Shown here: positions 1-10,200 of the stretch, one piece after another
Position numbering within the stretch: position 1 is the stretch's first letter
How the letters are laid out: every line of letters begins with the position of its first letter
Assembly (NCBI GenBank): GCA_016748015.1
Contig: JAAOMT010000518.1
Coordinates: forward strand, 434,001 to 498,000
Direction of reading: 5' to 3'
Length of the DNA stretch: 64,000 bases
Origin: Geosiphon pyriformis uo1
Taxonomy: Eukaryota > Fungi > Glomeromycota
The notes under the pieces: generated by a model
Seen by the model: only the letters and a program-made list of their open reading frames with translations
Databases searched by the model: none
What the model was told of the DNA's origin: nothing
Program-made: the position numbers and the translations under genes

Positions 1-1
1 A

Positions 2-1670
2 TGGCAAGATCTCAAAGATCTTTTTCGCAATGCTGGTAATATAATTCGCGCAGATGTATCCACAAATTACGATGGAAGGAGCCGTGGGTTTGGTACAGTG
101 CTGTTTGCCACACCAGAAGATGCTCGTAACGCCGTCGGTAAATATTTTCCGAAGGATTTGTAAACTTTTATTTTCTTAAAAACATGTTTTAAAGAAATGT
201 TTTGTATGTTATTTAGTAATGTATAATAATCGTGAGTATCAAGGCAGAACGCTACGCGTTCATTTTGATAAATTCGCGTTACCTTCAATCCCACCTCTTC
301 CTCATCACCCTGGCCCACATATACATCTGGTACAACCGGTACATCCACATCATCGACCTCCTTTGCCTCTAATTCCTCCTCACAATTTTCATATGGGATT
401 GGCTCCGTCAATGCATCACCCTCATTTTTTACCATCTGCTCATATGGGACCGTTTTCTCCGCCTTTGACTACTCCGCCACCATTAACAAGTCCTCCTCCC
501 TATCCTGCCACGGCATACAACATATCATTAAACCATTTAGCTTCTACTGTAGCAAATGCTTCAACAAATGGAAGCACACCATTTCAACAAATGACAATGG
601 TATCCTCTGCGCCTTCACACGGCAGTAACATTCAACACTCAGCAAGTAATAGTACGTCTCAAACTCTTAATCCATCGCAAGATCAATCACTGTCGGCTCC
701 TTCGTTAGTACAATTCTCTAGTTTTGGTCCTATTGGAAAAAATCATTCCGTTCAAACAGTCAACAATTCATCATCAACATCAAGTTTTGGTTCCGTAAGC
801 GCATTCCCTAACCCTATTTCTGGAGTAAACAACAACGGGAATTCTAGTACAGGAAACAATAATGCTGAGAATGCTTTAGGTGTTTCTAAAAACGAAAGTC
901 CTATAATCCAATCTTTAATATCTATGGCTGGTTTACATGTTAATCCAAATCCTCCACAACCACTTTTTTATCATCATCATCATCATCCACATCTCTCACA
1001 TCACCCGCACCATCGCCCTCCAGTGGTATCCTCAGCTGCCTATCATCACGCTCATGCTTTTGCTGCCGTACATCACCATCAACAACAACAGCAACATCAA
1101 CATCAACATCATCATGCACTCCAACATCAACACCCTCATCCACAAACTAACCATACTCATCATCCACATCATCATCATCATCATCATCATCATCACCACC
1201 CGGGTGCGATTGGTAGTGGAATCGTAGGAGGTAATCATCTTCATCAGCATCTCCCTCATAATATTCCTTATAATTCACAAGTTTCATCGAACTCATCAGT
1301 ATCAGTAGCCGGAGCAAATGGATTACATAATAATTCTTCATCAACTGGGATTACAGATGCGGAAAAAGGAAAAAATGGGAGCAGCTTAGGAACAACCGCT
1401 TCAGTACCCAACGACACCGGAAACTCAAATAACAACTCAAGTGGCAATAATAGCAACAATACTTCGATCTCTTCACCACCACTGATTGTTCCTTCGGCAG
1501 CTATATGGAATAATAATGCTACTAATATGTTAAGTGGAACCTCGAACAGTGTCATTAATGGAGGAATCAGCACAAGCGGTGTGATGAGTATTGAAATGGC
1601 CACTCTGGCTGCGATTGGACCAGTAATTCCTACTGCTGTTCCACAATCGGTTTTCGTGAGAAATATCTAA
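2..1670 (+). CDS. RRM RNA-binding protein, Gbp2/Hrb1-like (5'-partial); exons <2-137 and 217-1670; long Pro/His/Asn/Ser low-complexity C-terminus
   Basis: Frame 2 reads WQDLKDLFRNAGNIIRADVSTNYDGRSRGFGTVLFATPEDARNAV, with the WQDLKD motif and RNP1-like RGFGTVLF. GT..AG intron 138-216 joins in frame to VMYNNREYQGRTLRVHFDK, the RRM end. Stop at 1668-1670. Confidence 0.85.
970..1200 (+). repeat. Coding (CAT/CAC/CAA)n microsatellite giving poly-His/Gln tracts
   Basis: catcatcat runs translate to HHHHHH, HHHQQQQQHQHQHHH and a long His run within ORF 219..1670. Confidence 0.85.
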
Positions 1671-2249
1671 TATTTGAGGAGGAAATGAGGATTGATTATT
1701 TGAGACTCGGAATTGAAGCAAATTTCTTTAATTTTCGATTTTTCCATAATCCCTTTTTTGTATATAAATAAATGAAAATTTGTCGTAAATTTAGAGCAAT
1801 TGGGGTATGGGTGAGGAACAGACAGAATCAACGGTCACGGGCATCCATAACCGTTCAAGAATGGGTCAGATGGGGTGTAAATAGTCGTATCAGTCAGGTT
1901 TGCGAGATGAACACTATATAGTATAAAATTTTCTGGTTTTAGTTATCCAATTTTTTCATTTGTCCTTTAAAAAATAGTGAAAAATAACAATAAAACTTTC
2001 ATAAGTAATAAAACTGTTTCCAATATAGGCTCGCACGAGTCTCGAAACATTCGGGTCAAATTTTCCATGCCTATCAATAAAAATACTAATTAGTTGCTTA
2101 GTGATCCCACCGTTTTGACATCGCCACCATCTTTTCCGTTTCCGTTTCCGTTTCCAATTCTCATCTTAAAAAAATAAGTACAGTCAATTCTTTCTAAATG
2201 CAACCTTTATAAATGCAATTTTTCTTAAATCCATATATTAATCGAATTC

Positions 2250-3780
2250 CATAATGGGACTTAAAAATAAATGTATGTTCTTATATTTAAAACATTTATT
2301 TTTTCAAAGATTTTCACTTTCAAAAATTAACAAAAAATAACAAGATTTAAATTTTCTGTTTTTAAAAATTTTATGATTATAATTGTTTTTGTAATATATA
2401 CATTTAATTTATTCAATATTAATTTTATCTAAAAATTAATTTTGGTTATCATAAAATCTTATAATTTAAGACCTTTATATTTTTTAAAACTGAACATAAT
2501 TAAAAATAAATAAATTAATAAACAACAAAACTTCTTTTTTTCTTTTATTTCAAATTTTCCAAAAAGAAAAATATTTTTAATAAGAAGTTTTTTGTTTTTA
2601 TTGTCTTTAGTTTTTTAATATTTTATAAAACATTACCTATTTGTTTAAGAATTAATAACTTATAATAATAATAATAATAATATAATTAAGAAAAAGTTTA
2701 TAAAAAGTATTATATATGGCTTTATTAGAATTAAGATTTTAATTAATTAATATTTAAAATAATTAAAATTTTTTAACAAATTAACAAATTCTTATGGTTT
2801 TTTTAAAATTTGTTAATTTAAAAAACTTTTTTATTTTTAAACTTTCTTTGAATTTGGTTTTACTTTATTTTTTTTTATAATATGTTCTAAAAAAATGAGT
2901 TTTATTTTTTTAAAAAAGTATTTTTTGGCATTAAACTTTAATTTAGCATTTTGAAATTAATTAAATATTTGTTTTAAATAATTATTGATTTTTATAAAAG
3001 TTTTTTATATATAATATCTATAAGCCATTAGATATGATTAAAATATTGTATAATTTAAATAATATTATATTAAATTTAAAGTTTTTATCTTAAATAAATA
3101 TATTTTTTTTTATTAATAAAATTTTTTTAATTTATTAATATTTATTAACAAATTTAAAATTTAAACACTATTTTTGTTTTTTAAAGTGTTTGATATTTTT
3201 AAATTAATAATAAAAAATAACTGTTTATAAATAATAAAATTAAGTTTTTAATAATTAATACAAATTAAATTTCTATTTTTTTTAATAATAAAAACTACCA
3301 AAAATAATTATAAACTTAAAAATTTTTAAATTAAGTATTTTCTGTATTTTTTGTTAAATAATATTAATATTACATAAAAAATACCTAATAAATATATTAT
3401 TAAATTAAATTGGATTTTTTAAATTTAGCATATTAATAAATAAGTATTTTTAGCTGTATTTATTATAAAAAACTTAAATTTCAAGATTTAGTTTTTTAAT
3501 TTTTTTAAAAGTAAAAATATAGCTTTTAATTAACTTTTTTTAAACTTAAAAAATAATATTATATAATTAAACAAAATCAGAAATTAACTTTAATTTTTTT
3601 TTGTTTTTTAATTTTGTTTTATATAAATAATATTAATAAAATAAAATAAATAATTTTTTTAATTAATAATTATTACTTATTATAATACAATTATATAAAA
3701 TTTTAAAATAAACATAATTTATGTTTTTTTTTATATAATTAATTACTTAACCCAAAAAAAACCATATTAATATTATAAAA
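2250..3780. other. Extremely AT-rich tract, probably fully degraded TE relics
   Basis: Almost no G/C and no ORF within it; composition resembles the most mutated TE copies in the window. No family assignable. Confidence 0.45.
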
Positions 3781-3783
3781 ATG

Positions 3784-4131
3784 GTTTGGATTCCTAATTC
3801 GAGGCTTGGGGCTGATATGGACCGCAGGGGCTTGTTGCCTATGGACGGTTTGATTTTTAACGTGGTCCGCGGTCTCTCCGCTGGAGTGTCTTGTGGTGTT
3901 GCTCGCCTGCTGGGTGTTGAGGAGGGTCTCGCGATTAATTTCGGTTTGAGTGTTGTTCATTTGTTTTTTGCTGGTGCGGTTAGGGAGGTTTCGGTTAATA
4001 TAGTTTCGTAGTGGTGCCTTGATTGGCCGGGTGGCTGGTCACATGTAGCAAGCGCGTGAATCATATTTAATTTAGAGCTCTAGATAGTTGTATTGTATTA
4101 AATAGTGATTGGGCTCCACTCGTTATTAATA
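3784..4131 (+). mobile_element. 5'-truncated LINE copy (end of ORF2 + 3'UTR + A-rich tail)
   Basis: Peptide MDRRGLLPMDG...SCGVARLLGVEEGLAINFG...FFAGAVREVSVNI aligns with the ORF2 C-terminus of the LINE at 24944-32786 (IEKNGLILLDG...SAGVVKLLGIANGFGICFG...FFSGLGDPVSVYI). Shared 3'UTR motif GATTGGCC..GTGGCTGGT. Candidate TSD AAAAATG at 3777-3783 and 4132-4138. Confidence 0.8.
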
Positions 4132-4349
4132 AAAAATGTTTTTTGGTATATTTAATTGTTAATACTTCTAATTTAACTATAATTAGTCTTATGTAAATTT
4201 TTTAATTCTGGTTATATAATAATACTAAAGACTTTTTATTAATATTATAATATAAGTTTTTTTTAATTTTAATTATTGTTATGTTTTATGTATTTTTTTT
4301 TAAAGACTAATTTAAAATCTATTTGCTGTTATTAAAGTTTTCTCTAAAA

Positions 4350-4530
4350 CTATTTTTGCCAAAAATATATTTTTAGTATAACAAAATAATAGCAAAGAAA
4401 AGAGTGTAAGTTTATACAACAAATTGTATAAAAAATGAGCTTTGCTTTTTGAAAAAATATATCTTAGTTAAAATTATCTTTAACTAAAAATATCTTTCTT
4501 AATATTTATATAAATTATTTCAATAAAAAC
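4350..4530 (+). mobile_element. Fragment of a B-family LTR
   Basis: Aligns with 24780-24943 + 32787-32818 and with the solo LTR at about 28235-28360 (tagtataacaaaataatagcaaa...tgtataaaaaa.gagc...tatcttagttaaaattat). Confidence 0.7.
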
Positions 4531-4532
4531 TA

Positions 4533-5133
4533 CAGAGGGTGTTCAAAAGTTTCTGAACAAGATTTTATTTAACAATAATATTTATTTTTTTATAAAATAA
4601 AAATAAACAACATATTTATAATTTTATAGTAATTTTCTAAATTTTTCAATTAAGTGTTACTAAACGTTTAAGTCGGCGATATTTTTGGTGAGTAAATAAA
4701 CGTGGACGTCCTGAACGAGGTCTTGAATCAATTGAACCAGATTCTTTAAATCGTTTTATTGTATCCGAAACTGTTGTCAAGCTGCAATTGACTATGTTGG
4801 CAATATCACGATATTTCTTGCCATGCTGTTGTAATAAGCATATAGTATTACGTTGAGCAATCGTTAATTCTTTTTTGCTCCCATTTCGTTTTTATAAAAA
4901 CGACGAAAAAATCTTATATGCGCGTTACATTTCATTTTTATAAAAAAACGAGTATGAATAAAATCGATTATGCGCGTCGCGAAAAAACATTATACACGCG
5001 TGTTTAAAAAATAAAAAACGCGTAATTAAATAATTAACTAACTTAATTTAGTAATAAACTTGTGCTTTTCTTATTATTCAAGCATGTGGAATGTTACTCC
5101 AAAGTTTGTTCGGAAACTTTTGGACACCCTCTG
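4533..5133 (-). mobile_element. Internally deleted Tc1/mariner element (non-autonomous), 601 bp
   Basis: 28-bp TIRs CAGAGGGTGTTCAAAAGTTTCTGAACAA / TTGTTCGGAAACTTTTGGACACCCTCTG with flanking TA. Minus strand about 4884-4647 encodes a frameshifted Tc1 N-terminal HTH remnant (ELTIAQRNTICLL..KKYRDIANIVNCSLTTVSDTIKRFKESGSIDSRPRSGRPR). No DDE domain. Confidence 0.9.
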
Positions 5134-6311
5134 TAGTTGTGAACTTTCAGATTGCAAATCATTTTTAGAAAAGATCAGAATGGCTGGCTTTATGTAACAT
5201 TGAAAATGGTAAGAAGAGAATGAACTATATTTTTGGCGTTTTTGTGCAATGGAGCTAGTTTCAGTTTTTAAGGACTGAAGTAAATGGTATTATTTAAAAT
5301 TTAAATTTGCTAATAGAATCTATCGTTGACAAATAAGGAATTTTAAAAAGTTGGTATTTGATTCTAAAAGAAAGTATTCTTTCAATGTAGCATTTTATTG
5401 ATATTATCATAATAGCTATTCATGTTTATTTACACAAGGAAAATCCTGGAAATCAAAAAAAAAACTCTCACAGAAGCTCATAATTACAATTGAAACACTT
5501 ACTCCTTGAAATTAAAAAACCTTGTTATCCAAAACAGGTCAATTTCAAGGTTATACACTTGAATTCTCGTTGGAATCCCAACTCAAATAAAAATTTTGAC
5601 AGATAAAAATTTAAATGATGTGCAATAGAGAACGCCAGTATTTGAGCATGCATTTCAATGAATGAACGTGTTACCATATTAGAATTGGGGTAATAAATTT
5701 GATACTCAAATTTTCCTACCAAACGTTTTTTAAAAGCCGTTTTAAGTTTTTCACGCATATTTAATTAGTATTTTTAAAAATTTCAGAAACTAAAAATACT
5801 TCACCGCATATTATTAATGCTAAAATATTTAATACGGGGATGAAACATTTGATTATATCAGATGTAGAATCATTTTAGCGCAAAATAGTTTTCTTAATGT
5901 ATCTCTCCATTGTATGGTTTCGTTATCCAGAAAGATGTCTTGGAAAAATACATTAGGAATGTTACACTCGTATTTAAAATATACGAGAAGAGATTTTAAT
6001 ATTGAACTTTGTCTTTTGAAAAAATTAAAATGGTGAATTGCATGTAAATTTTAAATAGTGCCTTTCAAAAAATCATTAAATTTCTTTAATTGTTTTTTTG
6101 TAAAAGCTATCCCCATTTCAAAGGGAGAATCAAAAATTTCACATTTCAATTCATAAAACACTTAAATTTTATACTTTCGGAAAAAATGACGAATCGATTC
6201 CCCCCTCATGTAATTATGTGACATCTTAAAGTGAAAAATTATCATTTATTAAAATTTGAACTCTTTAGATATATTTAGATTTTTCCAAAATTTAATCAAG
6301 TCAATATTTTT

Positions 6312-6330
6312 AGATGTGTATAAGAGACAG
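6312..6330 (+). other. Tn5 mosaic end / Nextera adapter (probable library contamination, chimeric junction)
   Basis: Exact 19/19 match to AGATGTGTATAAGAGACAG. Confidence 0.92.
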
Positions 6331-6343
6331 GTATTAAGCACAG

Positions 6344-7210
6344 TATTACTCGTAGAATATAGGAATTAAATATTAGTACATAAATTAGCCAATCAGAATA
6401 AACGTAGTAAAAGTAGAATTCCAAGATTCTTCTCAGAGGAATTGCAGAATTCCAGAAATTTCAGGATTCTTGTACAAGAAATTACAGGATTCCAGAATTT
6501 CAAGATTTCTCTCAAAGGAATTGTAGGATTCCAGGAATTACAGAATTTTTGGTGTGAAGAATTGAGAAATTGAGGAATCTCAATTATGTATATATAGCAG
6601 TAGTGTTAGAAGTAGAAAAGACAGACCTCACAGTTTAAATTTGATCTAAGTGACCTTCCAACTCACAAATATCAATAAATAATTATTCTTTATCTCAAAT
6701 CCACTTTTTACTATCAACATTTCATGTTAATAGTAATTGATACTTAACTACATTGGAACAATAGCTCTTGATCATGGCTATTAATAGGATACTAATTTGC
6801 AATTGTTTTACTTATTTCTTTATTTTCTTTTATTTTTATTTTATTTTTTTTGTTATTTTTTTTGTTGTACTAATTGATTAAAAATTAAAAGTACTAAGAT
6901 AAAAATGTTATAGAGACTGGTAAAAAACCCATGAAACAAGGGTAGAACACTCATAGATTTGAGGATAGCTTACCAAAAAGATTACCAGCCACCATGCTGA
7001 GAAAAAAATTCAATGAAATTGCAATTCCAGGAGGCTACTGAAAACAATTATTAAATCTCTGTTCATTATATAAAGGACTCTACAAAAAACCTTCAAATAA
7101 TAATATCTTTGGATCTATAATACTGCTAACAACCAATATCAAGCAAGACATTGAGCACCAAGTTATGAGTTTGTTATTTGATTTGAGACCCCAAATAATC
7201 ATTTATAATA
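6344..7210 (+). repeat. 5' LTR of element A (U3 9-bp CAGRATTYC array about 6415-6550, TATA about 6587, AATAAA 6674)
   Basis: Direct repeat of 15532-16398; followed by the PBS. Confidence 0.9.
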
Positions 7211-7212
7211 TT

Positions 7213-7228
7213 TGGTGCTCTCTGTAAG
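7213..7228 (+). promoter_or_regulatory. Primer-binding site of element A
   Basis: TGGTGCTCTCTGTAAG, 2 nt after the LTR; complementary to a tRNA 3' end ...GAGCACCA. tRNA identity not determined. Confidence 0.8.
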
Positions 7229-10200
7229 ATATAATCCTACAGAGAACCAGCACTAACAACAATTATTTAAAAGTGGCAGAATCAGAAATCATAGGAACAA
7301 ACCATTTAAGATTCACCAAATCCTTATTTCAACAGTACAGCTAACAATTGGACTTAACCAATAACCATTATCCAGCAGAATCAGTTTTCAATTTTTATGT
7401 CAACAAGAGAATCATAGATTTTCTAGGAAGACCAGTTAACATTGAATCAGCAAGAGAAAATTTTTATACAGAATTAATCCAACACACCAGTTTATTATGG
7501 AATTACAGTTTTGTACCAATTATTAGAGAAATTAATCAAGAAATTAAAAGATACACACAACAACAATTTCCCATTACTTATGCAGATAAGGATAAAAGAA
7601 AATTACAAACACTAATAGTAATACCAAGAGGAATACAATTACCAACATGGAAAAAACAAAGAATTAAATTTCCACTATATCCATCATATCATCACACACC
7701 TGGTAGTATCATCAACATTACATCAACAGGTGTGTCCACATTAAATATGACATCAACATTTGGATGACTCCTATTTCAAAGTAAACAAAAAAAAGTAGAA
7801 TTATTAGGAACTTATGGTAATTACTTTGAAGAATTTAAATTACAATCCCCAATGTCATCAGAATTTGATTACTGCCACCTCAACCAGATTTCAGAAACAC
7901 AAGTCATTGAAAGATAACAGCATCAGAAGAAAAAGAAGAGGAGGATCAAAAATTTAATTATCAAAATCCAATTGCAGAAAATCTAGAAGTTGAAATCCTG
8001 AATATTCAAATCCAGCAAACTCTGAATAATCCAAACTTTGAGCTAATTAATTAAAAAAACTTACCTCCAAAAATTGTCATCAATTAGCAATCAATTGATC
8101 TGATTGCTAAACAACCTCAACAGCTGCCAATACCACCTCAACCACTACCCCTTTAACTACTACAACAACCAAATGTAAATCTAATGGCCTATGTTCCAAT
8201 AGCAAAACTTGAGAAATTTACAGATGAAGAGGATGATGCATAAGTGTAGCTGAATGATGTGAAAAAAGCCATTACAGCTAATGGATAGAATGACACCAGA
8301 GCACTCCAAGCCATCTCTTATTTCTTATAAAATACTACTAACTTATGATATCAAAGTTTAATTGCCAAACCTCAAACATTTCAGGAGTTTAAAGTTGCAT
8401 TCTTGGGATATCTTAGTAATAATAACAGTATTAATTGTCTAACTAACATCTTCACTACCATCAAACAAAAAAAAACTGAAGCAGTTATTACTTATTTGAG
8501 ATGTTTTTACAAGAACTTATGTCAAATTCAAGCAATCTAAGTTGACTATTTTACAGCACTACAAATTCTAAACCAGTTTATCCATGGACTGCACAGTAGC
8601 ATCCTTCAATGTGTATGCCTAATGTACCCACAAACCCTCCAAGACACAGTTACCAATACATGAGATTTTAAAACTGCTGAACTCAAAGCTAATCATACTC
8701 AAGCCATTAATTTAGTAATGAACAGATCATTTGAATTGGATTCTAAGCTGAAACAATTCAGTGATTCCATTGACAAAAAATTAGAAGGATACTTAGCTAA
8801 CAATCAGGCAATTTATCAATCTCTACAATAATATAATAATCAAGGAAACACGAATCATTTTCAGAATCAGTCGCATCTATTATCTTTGACCAATCAACAG
8901 TGGCAGTAAAAGATGCATGTTTGTCACTACTGTGGTAAACAAGAACATTTGAAAATTGACTGTAGGTTAAGAATAAAAAACCAATGATTAAGAAACCAAT
9001 ATCAAAACCCCAATCACAGATTTCAAGCTCTAAATTAAAACCCAAATCTGAATTAATACTTACCTTATTATACCCAAATGATGCAACAACCAATTTATTA
9101 ACCACCCGTATATCAAACTTCAATTTATCAGTCAACAACACCTGTTATCTATTAACTACAGTTCCAATTCATCTATTAATCACAGCCCCAAGTAATCTAT
9201 CAATCTCAACAAATTCAAACACCACCACAAAACTTACCTTAAAACAAAACCCAAAGACCGAGAATAACACAACAAAGCTGAAGATTATCAATAGTAGTTC
9301 ATCAACTAATCCTCAGTTCCTCAAACCAGTCATCAGGATCTCGACAACAAAATTTGAATACTGGGTACACCCAAAACCTGAATGCCTAACACTATTTAAG
9401 TCTTCTGGTTACCCCAGAAGACGTCTTATCCAACAACCAAAAACCCAACCAAAACAAATTACCTACCAACAACATACCTCCAGCTACCATAACTAATGAC
9501 AAATCACTAACAGCAATTTTTCTATTTGAATTCAAGGAACTGTTACAAATACCATTGTTCAGTGGAACCACATTTGAAGAAAAACCCATCATTGCCATGT
9601 ATACTGATGCTAAAGTCAATGGTTAGGCCATAAAACTGATCCTAGATAGTGGTTTAGCCAGCAGCATTATTACTAAGCAATTTATAGATCAATTAGGTTG
9701 CTAAGTTGACTGTGCTGCCAGTGCAAGAATTATTACTACTAATAGCACCACAAAAACACCTATTGGTAAGATTGATGAGTTTCTATTCGAAATCAATGGT
9801 CTTGTTATGCCCATTAAAGTTTTAATAATAGAAGCCACCCAATATCAAGCTTTAGTTGGTAATGACTGGCTGTCCAAGACCAATGTTATACTCGACTAGA
9901 CCACCCAGGAACTACAACTCAGCCAAAATAGTCAATACACATGGGTTCCAGTCACATGTGAACACTTTAAAACTTCCTCAAGAAATCAATCATTGATCAA
10001 ACTAAAGGAAGAAAAGAAGAAATCTACCTGGAAAGCATACCAAGTCTCTTGGGCTGATGAAGACCACAACAAGTTATTACTGATACTCCCATGGAATGAT
10101 AATGGAAAAGAAAAAAAAAAGAATCTACCTGGAATTCTAACCAAGTCTGAAGAACTGACAATAACCAGGAAGAGCTAATAAATTGGGAGTGGGAAAAAAA

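Noticed and set aside
67-1721. Overlapping short ORFs (67..435, 937..1227, 940..1143, 1032..1259, 1147..1344, 1268..1603, 1530..1721)
   Set aside because: Shadow frames of the RRM gene and its CAT repeats (poly-Met/Asp/Ile artefacts).
5134-6310. Possible gene, including ORF 5525..5758
   Set aside because: No recognisable motif or consistent exon chain; left unassigned.
6312-6330. Natural Tn5/IS50 insertion or horizontal transfer
   Set aside because: It is the synthetic mosaic end, single, with no transposase or 9-bp TSD.
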